DNA of 64,000 nucleotides from Symsagittifera roscoffensis (Eukaryota): NCBI RefSeq assembly GCF_963678635.1, contig NC_087064.1, positions 32,745,028 to 32,809,027 of the forward strand, read 5' to 3'. Shown piece by piece: positions 34,700 to 46,631 of this stretch (position 1 is its first letter; each line of letters starts with the position of its first letter). The notes under the pieces were generated by a model. It saw only the letters and a program-made list of their open reading frames with translations, ran no database searches and was not told where the DNA came from. The position numbers and the translations under genes were made by a program.

Positions 34700-35000
34700 T
34701 AGGTCGCTATGGTTTTCTTTTGTTAACTTTTGCTCAGGCCCAAATTTCGCAGCTTGAATTTTGATTTTTTTAAAAGCGCAGTTCATTTTTAAGTGCAGTA
34801 TGCGAAAGTTTTTCTTTGGTATTTTGTTAAGTATTTCTTTAAGTTCAGTTCATTTTCTTTAGAACAGCAAAAGTATACAGGTGAAGAAAAGCGTGATTGG
34901 TTTTTGTTTCCGAAAATGGATTTAAGCTATCACATTTCCCAGCGAAATAAAAAAAGTACATACTGATCCAGTTTTCTCATTGGAATTGTTTTATGAAAAG
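34700..35000 (+). repeat. Partial copy of the 400-bp repeat family.
   Basis: ttcgcagcttgaattttgatt ... ttcagttcattttctttagaacagcaaaagtatacaggtgaagaaaagcgtgattgg ... atttcccagcgaaataaaaaaagtacatactgatccagttttctcattgg. Confidence 0.45.
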
Positions 35001-35280
35001 ATTATCAATCAAATATTATTCTAAAAATGTAAAAAGCCTGAAGAACATAATGAAGACTCTCATATAGGTCTTGATTTGTTTCTATTCATTTTTTTGTTTG
35101 AGGACAAGTCCTGAATTTGATTGAGGCTCCAAATTACTTTTTCGCTGTTCACACAAGCATAGCTTGTGTTATAGTATGAACTATCTTTTGCTTCCAAACA
35201 AGTCGCAAATATTGTTGCGATGAAGTGTTCATTTTGATCAATAACCAGCTTTAAGTGCAGCCAAAGCTATGGGTATTAAC

Positions 35281-35930
35281 CCCGAATATTTTTCCAAAGT
35301 AACGGAAGTAACCAAAGTAACGGAATAATTGTGCTCGGGGTGGTTTTTTTCTGCAGACAAATTTCTACTTTTTAACTAGTCATTTTTTTCTTTTTTGACG
35401 AACTTTTTTTTTATTTATCATTTAAAAAGTGTTGTTGTCTTGAGCTTAAATTTGAAAAGATATTTCACTTGTGATCATTTGTCGTAAAATTATGGTGGTT
35501 TAAACATTGCCATTTTGGTCAATTTGGGAAAATTAATGCGCGATATAGTTGGCGCTATTAAGGCGTAAGCGGAGATTTAATCCGTCTTAGAAATTGTTCC
35601 AAATTGGTTGAGGGAAGCTTGGATGCCATAATTGATTTATTACTAGGAGTAAAATTTATCACTTTGTACTTTATATGGCGTGTCGGGAGATGATTTTCAC
35701 AAAAGTCTCAAACTTAAGAAAAGATTTTTCATTTGATTCTGAATAACATTTAATTTTTTCATGTTATTACTAATCCATAGGCCTTACAAAATATTCGGAA
35801 CGTTCAGGGCTTGGCCCTGATAAGAGCAGTCTTGTATTTTCGATTTTCGTAACGAAAGTAACGGAGTAATTATTCTCAGGGTGGTTTTTTTCCTTCAGAC
35901 AAATTTCGACTTTTTAACTTCTGATGCGTT
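35281..35930 (-). repeat. Two partial inverted copies of the satellite unit of about 527 bp that is tandemly arrayed at 43690-45140.
   Basis: gcgcgatatagttggcgctattaaggcgtaagcggagatttaatccgtcttagaaattgttccaaattggttg is the reverse complement of 43790-43860. A gtaacggaataattgtgctcggggtggtttttttctgcagacaaatttc block occurs at 35300 and again at 35850. Confidence 0.6.
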
Positions 35931-36249
35931 TGTCTGTTTTCCCATTGCGGCGGGGTTAGCAATGGTTCAGATCAGGGCATTCTGAATAGCATTCAAGCAA
36001 TTAAATGGGGGATTCGATGGCAGTTTGTGGATTTGAGGCCTAAAGTATTCAGGTCTTGTTCAAGACAGTCGATTCAGCGTTTTTTAGGCCTTCCTGCTGG
36101 TCTTTTCCCTGGGAATGAAACATGGTCTGTTGCTTTTAGCTCATGGGCGTTTTCTCTTTGGTAAACATGGCCGTACCGTCGTATTGGCGACCGCACTTGT
36201 AGCTTGTCCTGATCAGCAAGACCTGTTATATTAATTACTGCTTCGTTGC

Positions 36250-37330
36250 TAACGCTGTCTTGATGAGTTACTCCGGTAATCCTACGAAGAGCTTTGAGCT
36301 TTATTATCAGCTTTCATAAGAGAGCTAGATTTTATCTCAGTCTGCGCCCGGGTTTCAGAGCAGTGCATCAGAATTGGACGGAGACAAGCTCCGTAGATAT
36401 GACACCTCGTAATCAAATCAATATCTTTATTCAGCATCAGAGGTGCAATTTGCTGTCATATCGTCCAGAAAGATGCTATTCTGACCGATGATGCACATAT
36501 TGCGTCACTTTCAGCAAAAATCATTTTACCCAGATATCAGAACTCTTTGACAGTTCTCAGGGCTTCAAATTGATTAATCGGTAGCATTCTTGTTTGAGTG
36601 ATACCTGGACAAACTTAATTAGTATGATGCTTAAGTTTTTTTTCTCAGGCTTCTGTATTTTTATGCACCCATTGATTACAAGAGTTTCAGTGTATTGAAT
36701 TGGCGTCGACTCCCTTCAAACATAAAGCACATGGATATTTTTCGGTTTTTTGAGTAATAGACTTTTGGCCTGAAATCAAATGCTTTGTCTTATTCACGTT
36801 GATTTTTAAACCGCGTTTTTGCAAAGACTTGTTCCAAGTGTTAAATTTCTCAATAGACTGGGATTCTGTTCTGAATATAGCATATCCCATGGTACCATGG
36901 AACGACAGTTTCTAGCTGCCTCATCCATTACGATTATCAATAATAATGGGCTAAGTACCGATCCTTGATGCACGCCTACTTTAAATTCGAAGTAATCACT
37001 GCATGCTTTGGGCCGGCTAACTCTGATTTTCGACTCGTTGTACAGACACATTATTAGTCGTACCAGATTTTCGGGAACTCTCCGTTGCCTCAGAGCCCAT
37101 GGGATCAGTTACCTGGGAACACGGTCAAAGGCATTTTCGAGATCGACAAATATGTGATGCTGAGGCTTTTCCTTTTCGCAAACAGTTCCCTCAAATGTCT
37201 AATACAAAAATTGGCATCGGTAGTTTATCTACCACCCATAAAGCCAAATTGCGTGTCATCTAATTTTTTCAATTGTCTCAGACGCTTTTTAAATATTTTT
37301 TCGAATTTCTAATACTGTTTGAACGTGTGT
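36250..37330 (-). mobile_element. Degraded non-LTR (LINE) reverse-transcriptase fragment.
   Basis: ORF 36806..37051 has FEFKVGVHQGSVLSPLLLIIVMDEAARN, the G.PQGSVLSPLLF RT motif. ORF 36687..36890 has LKINVNKTK, a post-YADD motif. Flanking frames are broken. Confidence 0.5.
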
Positions 37331-37679
37331 TGCAGCGCAAAAGTAAATGCCTATAAAGAAATGAAAGTGCGAACGTAATTAAGAGTGAAAAGCTTGTACA
37401 CAAACAGGTTTTTAGCCTAATTGTTGTGATAAACTTATTAAATAGGTTTTCTTTGACATTTTAAGACATTGGAGCGGGCACATTTTGGCACCCCACAAGG
37501 GACAGTTTAGTATTCCAGCAACTCAAGGGACATAGGTTTTGTATCCCAGCCTTCAGGTCGACACCAGTACAGATTCGCAGTAGACACGATCGGGACAGTT
37601 ACTAACGGAAATTGTCATAGTAAAGGAAGCCGTCAGGGACAGTAAGTAACGGAAGCTGTCATATTCATTGAGGGACTAC

Positions 37680-37850
37680 CCACTAGTTGGCCGAATAGGC
37701 GAAGATCCGACATGGCCGAATGTCCTCGAAAGCAAAACTTGGCCGAATACCCAGTTGGCCGAAAGTCTTCAAAAGCGAAAGTTGGCCGAATACTCTGTTG
37801 GCCGTGCGTCCAAGTGGCCGAATTTCGTGCATTTGGCCGATGATCCTGTA
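37680..37850. repeat. Minisatellite: about 9 degenerate units of about 18-20 bp, each containing ttggccgaat.
   Basis: gttggccgaataggcg, catggccgaatgtcc, cttggccgaataccc, gttggccgaaagtc, gttggccgaatactc, gttggccgtgcg, agtggccgaatttcg, tttggccgatgatcc. Confidence 0.8.
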
Positions 37851-40800
37851 AGCCGACAGACGGGGGAGCAGACCCAAAGAGGCCTTTTGCGGTCTTGATT
37901 GGGGATTTTTGGTCGACATGCAGCTGTGTTTTTCTCGTTAACCGAAGTTCTTAGATTTTTTTTCACGGTGAACGCCAATCTAAATAAAACTTTTAAAACT
38001 TGGTGCTATAATCTTGATAATGATGTTCTATATTATATTTCGTCTCAAAGCAAGCCCCGAGCTGTAATTTTTTCTCGATACCGAAAGTTTTGGACTGGTT
38101 TGGTTAATAATTTTTCTCGAAACTCAAACATTTGAATCAGTTTAGTTAAACCGAAATGCGTGCAATTGGTACATAGACTAGATTTTTCTGGATACGAAAA
38201 GTTTTGGATAAAAAGTTTAGGGATTGAAAATCTTTGTTATCGGAATATAGACAACAGGTACTTGACTAAAAACTGAACCGGTGTATGACTCGAACCCGAT
38301 GACAGAAATATACAAAAAGTTTTGTGAAAAGTCCCAATTGTTGCCAAGAAATCCAAAAGTACACCCAGAACTCAGCAAAACTTTGCTGTAGTTGATATCA
38401 AACCCGAGTTAAGTGGTCTGGTTTTGTAATATCAGGCCAATTAAGTTGAATTTTTTTAGCCTCCGATTTTTTCCGTGTGTGTTGTTGGAATTCAACCGTT
38501 TTGCCTCATTCCCCACCATTCCTTGTAATAATAAAAGTATACCCCGTTCCGCTCGTAAGTACGTATCGATTAAGTGGTTTCGCTGTTATCTTAAGAGGTC
38601 TGGTAAGGTGACTTTAAGTAGGTTAAGTTGCCTTTTTGCAGCCTCAGCTTTTTTCCGTGTGTTGTTGGAATTCAACCAACCTACTTAATTGCCAACCCAT
38701 GGTAATCCATCGTGATTTAGTGGGCACATGGTGTTTATACTGGGAGCTAGTTCGTTACATCACGCGCTTCGCATACTTCCTGCAACTTCGCAAAAGCGCG
38801 TGAAAGATACTTGCTTCACAAAAGCCGGTTGAAATTCGAACTTCAATGCTACAGACTTACAGAAGGCTATTCAGTTCTATCTGCATCACTTCCTATCGTG
38901 ACGAACCGACCTGGTCTTTTGGGACGACGCCATAAATAATTTCACAAGTAAGCATGGCATACCAAAAACCGTAGACTAAATACTGGTTAACTCACAAACT
39001 TGTTATTACGGTACACGCATAACATTTGTGCAATCGTTTGCTTCCAACAGAGCGGTACTGAGAATAAAGAGAAGCAATTGGTTGGAACAGGCATTCTCGT
39101 GCTTAACGTGGTGAAAGACTTCATTGCTCAGCGTGAGGCTAAGGACCAGGTACTCATTGAAAAGTACAAGGAGCTTCAACTGCCCCCTCGTTTTGAGTTA
39201 AAGACTCTCCTCTTTTTAAGGCGTTACAGTGCTAGCCTCACCGCCCTCAAAACAAGAAGCGGAAACGTTTACCCCACAAGAACCGTAAAGTGATACAAAA
39301 CAGGCTTAATGCAATGGTTTTGGGTGTTCAAGTGATTACCTCTGAAAGTTAATATTTTTGTGATACCACTCTCGTAGTTTAATGAGGACTGCAAGGTTTC
39401 AAGCTCTTGTTTTAATAAGCAAGTAAAATATGAGGCCTTTACATTGACAGCTTCAATGTTCATTGTCTCCGTTTTAACTAACTTGCAAGTTGTCTCCTTT
39501 TTCGTCTCCGATACATCGTTCCGCTCGTATATTGAGCCCCTCTCGAGCTTGGCAGTCGGTTTTTGAGCTTCATTGAACTTAAAAGTTTTCCACTCACAAT
39601 TATCTTAGCAAAGTTAAACAATCAACTACTACGAAACTCAAAATCTTTTTGTTTACGATTAATTTTGCAAAGATAATTGTGAGTGCAAATCTTTTAGGTT
39701 CAATGAAACTCAATTGGATTTCGAGTTTCGTAGTAGTTAATTGTTTTTGTCAAATAAAGTATTCTCTAAAGCTTCGTTTGTAATCTATAAAGCATCGAGC
39801 AAATAGGTTTGGTAAAAGCATGGAAGAAAAGATACATAAAAGATCAATTAATGTGTTTGAAAACAGAGACTCCACAGAAAATGATCTTTACAAATGTCAT
39901 GCTCTTGAACTGTTCAAAATAACAGCCGCTCGACAAAAAATGAGACAATTATCATAAAATGTGAGACTTTGATGGAACAGGCAGTTGAAATAAAATAGGA
40001 AATCATTCAATTAGCTGGAAAAGCACAAGACCCCAAAAAATGCATACGCAAACAAAATCTTTGGCTCCACAAATTAGCAAAGACTAATAGTAAGATTTTA
40101 TAGGAGGCTGAAATTAAAAAAAAAATTGGGTTTAGAAAACGCAGAAGTAATTGAGACTGAAGTAAAGACTCAAAAAGATGAAGTAGCGGGCGACATTAGG
40201 TTTAAATTTTTGCTTCAAACTGGAGGGACTGGGTCTGAAAGGTCGAATGTAATTTCGAAGAAATCAATCCGATGATTCAAGCTGACGCTTTGGTCGGTAA
40301 ATGACCGCATTGGAGTCTAAAAACTCTGGTGAGTTGAATTGTACTCTCCCACTGATTAAATTGCGGCAAAAAGAACTTGCCTGACAGGCTAGCGTAGCTT
40401 TGAAGTTAAAACAGTAACAAAATGAATTGGAGTTTGAAGATTTGCAAATGGAAGATGACCTATCTGACGTTAGTGAAAACTTTAAAAGGACGGGCTGAAC
40501 AAAAGTCATTCTTCAACCTGATGAAAAAAGGGAGGATGATCGTACTGGTCCGTACTTAATTCTATCAAAGATCATACTTCTGCTGTCTCGGCCACCCATT
40601 TCGAAAAACACAGCTAGCATTGAACGCACAACGGGCTTGTCGTCAATTCCTGAGTTTCATGGAAACTCCGTTCATGGTTTCACTACTCGGCATGGGGCAT
40701 CTTGTGATTCTGGTTTGCATATCAGTAATCATCTAGCCTCTCGGCAAAGTTGCCCGAAATCAAGTTTCTCTTTACATAGTAATGATTCATCCGTTTCTGT

Positions 40801-41358
40801 TCCACTTTGTCCAGCACCTCACTCATGTCGGTGTTAATTATCAACCACCTTCCACTTGCTCTCTGGTTACCTTCCGAACTCCGGGTCACATTTTGTCAAC
40901 ACAATTATGCAGGTTCTGATGAATCAATTTCCTATTAGGCACACAGTTCCGTGAACTGTCGCGCCTTCTGTGCCGCAGGTCTCGTGGAACCATCCGATAA
41001 CCCATAATTTGTCAACAGCGCATTCACATAATTACCGGATGCACAATCAGCAGCCTTTTTGTGCACCATAGTGCGCCGAGATTAGCATGCCTGTTGAGGC
41101 CAATTTGAGCAATTCAGCTTGTTTTTTGACCCGCAAACACCTGTGATGACACCCCATCAAAACGCCAATGCGAATGTGTTTTCTTTGGCAACTCCGATTT
41201 GTCCTACTTTAAGCGGGATCATGGCGTATGCCAGTGGTCGTACCGTATTTTACACTCCTCAAGCTGATCTTCAAAGTACAAACCCCGCTTATTAAAAAGT
41301 TTTTTAACCCTCTTGTTGGTTCCCATATGAACATCCGGTTGAGAACTGATTTCTGCTC

Positions 41359-43681
41359 GTGAACCGCAAAGATCCTCTCCCAGAATTCCAATTAGGTCAA
41401 ATTTACGGTAACGCTCTGAACTGGCACGAATGGCATGGACAACTCACCTCCACTATCCATTCCGCCCTTCTATGTGATGACGAGAAATTAACTTACTTGA
41501 AGACCCTCATAGCCAAAGCGGCAATCGCCGACTACAGTTATAGTGGAGTTTTATACAATTTTGCAGTTGGTACCTTGCAGAGAAAATTTGGCTATTCTCG
41601 TACTATTGTTGGAGCTCATTTGTATAAGTTAACCAGTTTTCTTTCCCTCAAAATGCAGTTCAAAGAATGTCATCAGTTTCTCCTCCGCCGTCTCAGGACT
41701 GGTTGCAGTCTTTCAACCGTTGTTTATTCATGATTACCTCAAAGCGTGACTCTTGTGAACCAAGCTGTCGGCAAGCTCCCGCCAAATTTGAAAGAAGCTT
41801 GGTAAATGCATACCCTTAGACATAATTGGCAGAGTGTCAGCCTCATAGATTTCAATAATTGGTTAAAAGAGAAAGCGGAGGGCCACGAAAAATTGCGCGC
41901 TATTGGTTCTAGAGCTAAAACGGAAGAAACAGTTCAACCGAAAACAAAAAAGTGTTTGAATCAAACGATAAAAGCCCTAGCGATCACAAAAGCAAGCCTA
42001 ATTATCCGCCGTGCCTGCTGTGTAAAGGAAAGCATGCCCTTTGGTCTTTCGCTGCGTTCAAGGAAAAGAAAGCCACTCAGCGAGTCAAATTTGTAGCTGA
42101 ACAAAAACTTTGCTTCGCATGCCTCAATGGAAACCATTTTTTTCCTTAATTGCACGAAGGCAAAGAAATGTCCAAAACAGGACTGCTGTGAGGGCACGCA
42201 CAATGCCCTTCATCACGGTGCTGAAAGAATTTTTGCACCAAAGAAAAAAAAACATCAAGTAAACCCAATGAGTCCAAACCGAAAGATGTTAAACATGTTT
42301 CCACTCATGGCGCTGTGGGGTGGGAAAATTACAAAGAAATACCAAAAGTACTTGCCAATTGCAACAGTTGGAGTATCTTCAGATAGCAACAGTGCCCAGA
42401 CGTTGGTTCTTTGCGACGGAGTATCTGCACATTCTTGGGTCTCCGCATCTCAAGGTAGCCGCTTAAAGTTCGTTGTTAAGCCAGTCCACTTTTCCATCAG
42501 TGGTTTCAATGCCGTAAAAGTAATCGAAACTCAACGAGTCAAATTCAATGTCTCTTCTGAACCGAATAATGCCGATTTATCTTTCACTAAGAAGGTTTAT
42601 GTGAAAGACAACATTCACCTTGGTACAGAATGTATCAATATACCTGAGTTGCAGGATAAATATCCTCAATTAGATTAGCTTCTATAAAGCCCTTACAACA
42701 CAACTAAGAAGATGTAGAAGTTGTCATAAGACATGATTACTAACACGCCGTTCGTCCGGTTGGGTTTTTCTAAGGAGAAGACTCTAACCGATAGGTTGGT
42801 TCATTAGTGGTTCGATACCGCTGTCCGCAGGTTAACTTATTCGTGCTTTAAGTGTGTTGTTGAAGGTTATTCTTTAACTGACCAGATAAAATCTTGGTAT
42901 GAATTAGAATCTTATGGAGCCTTTAATTAAGTCGATGCACGTTCTGCCGCGGATAAACGCGCTTTACTCATCCTAAATTCCAAAAAATTTCATGATGGTG
43001 AAAGATACATTGTGCCTATGCTTTGGACTGATAGCATTGTCAGCCGACCTTATAATTATTATCCATCGCTTGCTCATATTGAAATTTTGGAGCGAAGGTC
43101 AAGTAAAGACCCAGAGCTACGCGAAAGATATGCAGATACAATAAGGGAGGACATCAAGAAAGGTCATGTGGTTACCGTCGAGCCTCATGATCCATGTTCC
43201 CGAACAGATAGTGAGTGGTATACTCCGCACCACCCAGTTATAATTCCGAATCAGCCGGGCAAGGTGTGCCGACTCCGTAACGGGGCTGCTAAGTTTCTTG
43301 GCACATCTTTAAATCAATCCCTATTGGTGGGTCTAGGATTACTCCAAAACCTGATATCCGTACTATTCCGACCGCACAAGTATGCCGTCTATGCAAATAT
43401 AGGGTATGTTTCTCCAGGTAGGATTCCGCGAACAAGATCAATCTTTGCTTCGTTTTTTTTTGTGGTGGGACGATCCCACTTCGGATGTGGTAGTCTATCA
43501 GTACACTCGCCATGTATTTGGTGCCTATGACTCGATAACTTGCGCCAATTACGCTTTGCATAAAACAGCAAGTGATAAAATTTCTACATATCCTGAAGCA
43601 GCATCAGTGGTTGCCGAAAAGTTTTATATGGACGATTACTTGTATTCGTTCGAAAACATAGAGCAAGCACTCTTAAGTTAG
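41359..43681 (+). mobile_element. Degraded, 3'-truncated BEL/Pao-family LTR-retrotransposon internal region (gag, protease and part of RT). It belongs to a different family from the one at 46-60 kb.
   Basis: Gag-like ORF 41359..41733. CCHC knuckles CLLCKGKHALWSC and CFACLNGNH at 41952..42149. ORF 42127..42678 is the protease region. ORFs 43012..43530 and 43406..43681 hold YTPHHPV, FFLWWDDPTSDVVVYQYTRHVFGAYDS and FYMDDYL, the BEL/Pao RT signatures. Frames are broken, and the element ends abruptly at the satellite. Confidence 0.6.
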
Positions 43682-43689
43682 TCGCGATT

Positions 43690-45140
43690 TTTATGAAATC
43701 ATCCCCCCGCACACCAATTAAAGTACAAATGAATATATGTCGCTCATTGTAACAAATCAATTATGGCAAATAAGTTTCTTGCAACCAATTTGGAACGATT
43801 TCTAAGACGAAATAAATCTCCGCTTACGCGTTAATAGCGCGAAATATATCGCGCGTTAATTGTACAAATTGACCAAAATGGCAATCTTTAAACCCTCTTA
43901 ATTTTACGGAAAATGATCACAGGTGAAAGATTTTTTCAAATATAAGCTCAGGACAATGATATCTTTTGAACGATAAGAAAAATCCGTCCCTAATGGCTAG
44001 TTAAAAAGTCGAAATTTGTCTGAAGAAAAAAAAACCCACCCAGAGCACAAATATTCCGTTACATTCGCATCGAAAGTCGGAACAACAGGACTGCTCGTAT
44101 CAGGGCGAAGGCTTGAATGTTTCGACTGCCTTTTAAGGTATATGGAGCAGTAGTAACATAAAAAAATTAAATGCAATAAAATCAAATGAAGAAAATTCTC
44201 AAATTTGAAACTTTTTTTATGAAATCATCACCCCACACACCAATTAAAGTACAAATGAATAGATGTCGCTCATTGTAACAAATCAATTATGGCAAATAAG
44301 TTTCTTTCAACCAATTTGGAACGATTTCTAAGACGAAATAAATCTCCGCTTACGCGTTAATAGCGCGAATTATATCGCGCGTTATTTATCCAAATTGGTC
44401 AAAATGGCAATCTTTACACCCTTATAACTTTACGAAAAATGATCACAGGTGAAATATCTTTTCAAATTTACGCTCAAGACAATGATAAAATTATCTTTTG
44501 ATTGATAAAAAAATTTCCGTCCATAATGGCTAGTTAAAAAGTCGAAATTTGTCTGAAGACAAAAAAACCCACCTCGAGCACAAATGTTCCGTTACTTTCG
44601 TATCGAAAGTCGGAACAACAAGACTGCTCGTATCGGGGCGAAGCCCTGAATGTTCCGACTGCCTTTTAAGGTATATGGAGCAGTAGTAACATAAAAAAAT
44701 TGAATGCAATAAAATAAATTGAAAAAAAAATTCTTAAATTTGAAAAATTTTTTATGAAATCATCCACCCACACGATAAATAAAGTACAAAAGAATAGATT
44801 TCGCTCATTGTAACAAATTAATTATGGCAAAAAAGCTTCTTTCAACCAATTTGGAACGATTTCTAAGCCGGATTAAATCTCGCTTACGCGTTGATAGCGC
44901 GAAATATATCGCGCGTTAATTGTCGCAAATTGACCAAAATGGCAATCTTTAAACCCCCATAACTTTACGAAAAAAGATCACAGGTGAAATATTATTTCAA
45001 ATTTATGCCCAAGACAGCAATAGCTTCCGAATGATATAAGAAAATTTTGTCAAAATTGGCTAGTTAAAAAGTTGAAATTTGTCTGAAAAAAATCCACCCC
45101 GAGCACAAATATTCCGTTACTTTCGTATCGAAAGTCGGAA
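43690..45140. repeat. Satellite-like tandem array: about 2.7 copies of a unit of about 527 bp, with unit starts near 43690, 44216 and 44743.
   Basis: ttttatgaaatcatc..cacaccaattaaagtacaaatgaatagatgtcgctcattgtaacaaatcaattatggcaaataagtttctt…cgcgttaatagcgcgaaatatatcgcgcgtta… is repeated three times at about 90-95% identity. It is followed by actagtgaaaattg x3 at 45165-45210. Confidence 0.85.
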
Positions 45141-45261
45141 TATTGAAGATGACATTTTCGAGTACAACTAGTGAAAATTGACTAGTGAAAATTGACTAGT
45201 GAAAATCTACAATTTTTCTGTTGGGTTGAATGATTTGGAATTTTTTGTCTGTTTGTGTGCA

Positions 45262-45448
45262 GAGGAGGTGAAGATGAAGGCCCTCGAGGTGCTGGAAAAG
45301 AAGATTGATGAGATAGACTGGAACTCCCTCTGTGTTATCGATCACATCTGTGAGAAGATCGAGCTTGCAGCAACAGAGTGCGAACTCTGTAGCTCCAAGC
45401 TTTCCACTGTCATCGAGTACTTTATCCTTATTGGCGGAAAGTCACTCG
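45262..45448 (+). CDS. Candidate coding exon (possibly a first coding exon, ATG at 45273: MKALEVLEKKIDEIDWNSLCVIDHICEKIELAATECELCSSKLSTVIEYFILIGGKSLG).
   Basis: A local rise in GC content. A tgtctgtttgtgtgcag acceptor-like site at 45245-45261. A perfect ctcg|gtaagtg donor at 45448/45449. I could not find a phase-compatible downstream exon. Confidence 0.25.
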
Positions 45449-46315
45449 GTAAGTGTGAAAATATGAAGTTCTTCGAGATGGGTTAGGAAGATCACAGTAA
45501 AAACATTTGCTGCAATGTATGCATAATTTCTAGGGATGAAAATATAAGGAATATGTTCTTGATACTTTCGAAGAATCGGTTGAAGCCATACTCAATAACT
45601 TTCAAAGCTGACTAAATAACTTTTATTTAGGCTGAGATTAGCCTGTGGGACTAAATGGGTTTTCGACAACATGTGATTATTTTAAACTCAAACATCATCA
45701 GAGCTCAAGAGTTCAAAAAAATGTTCTATTTGGCGAGTCATGGTGATGTTATAGGGAAGAAAGGCTTTTTCATGGCAGTGATTCTGGTTTTGGCTCAGCT
45801 ACACCTGCAAGAGTATTGTCAGAAGAACGGCGAAGATGACGACACGAAAGCAGCAGAAGAGCTGCTGAGAGTTTTGTTCCACAAGTAAGATCAAGTTGGC
45901 ATTTTTTGACCAACCCTTCATCAATGGTACCTCGGTAAGAGTTTCCACCAGCTGTAAATAAAAAAAGATAACGATGAAGCAGTCTACGTGCATTTTACGA
46001 CATATGTCACATTCCGGTAAAGCGCACTAGACGAATTTCCCCTTAAAGCGCACTAAATTTACAATTTCCCCTTTTTGCAATAAGGAGCGGCGAATAGATA
46101 ATAAGACCCATTTTTTAAACTGGTTACCAGAAAAATAAACAGCAGCCCAATAATTTGATTCCGAGATCTTGAATTTACAATGGCTTGTGGATATCAAATT
46201 AAATGATCAGGCAGCGCTATTCTAATAAATTAAGGACACAACACGCAAAAAGTATGAGGAATATTGTAACGAGTTTACGGATAAACTTTTTGCGGCGTAA
46301 ATCGTAGATGCCGCT

Positions 46316-46516
46316 TGACAATGGCAATACGTTTTGGATGATTAAGATTCCAATTTCAGATCGTAGTTTAGTTGTTTCATTATAAAAAATGATTTCTTTT
46401 TGATTTTTGAGTTTTGAGTCTTTCAGTTTATTAATTTGGCGGCATATTCATGTCGAAAATGTGGCAAAATTAGGTTCGGCAAAGAATAAAGTTCAAATGT
46501 CGTAGACATAGCCGGG
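46316..46516 (-). repeat. 3' LTR of BEL/Pao copy A (201 bp). It carries small indels relative to the 5' LTR.
   Basis: It aligns to 53394-53580. It contains AATAAAG. It ends …cattgtca next to the TSD agcgg (sense). Confidence 0.75.
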
Positions 46517-46631
46517 CCCATTTGCAGGTTGCAAATTAGAAAATTAATCGTTGAAGCTGATGGTACGTCGTCGTTGATTGTAATGGTCATTTAGTTGTTA
46601 GCTGTCGTTGATCATGTTGGTCATCTAGTTG

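Noticed and set aside
39590-39750. Interleaved short inverted repeats (A B A' B' arrangement).
   Set aside because: The stems are short, at 19-23 bp. They are likely a relic of small local duplications. No element boundaries or TSDs were seen.
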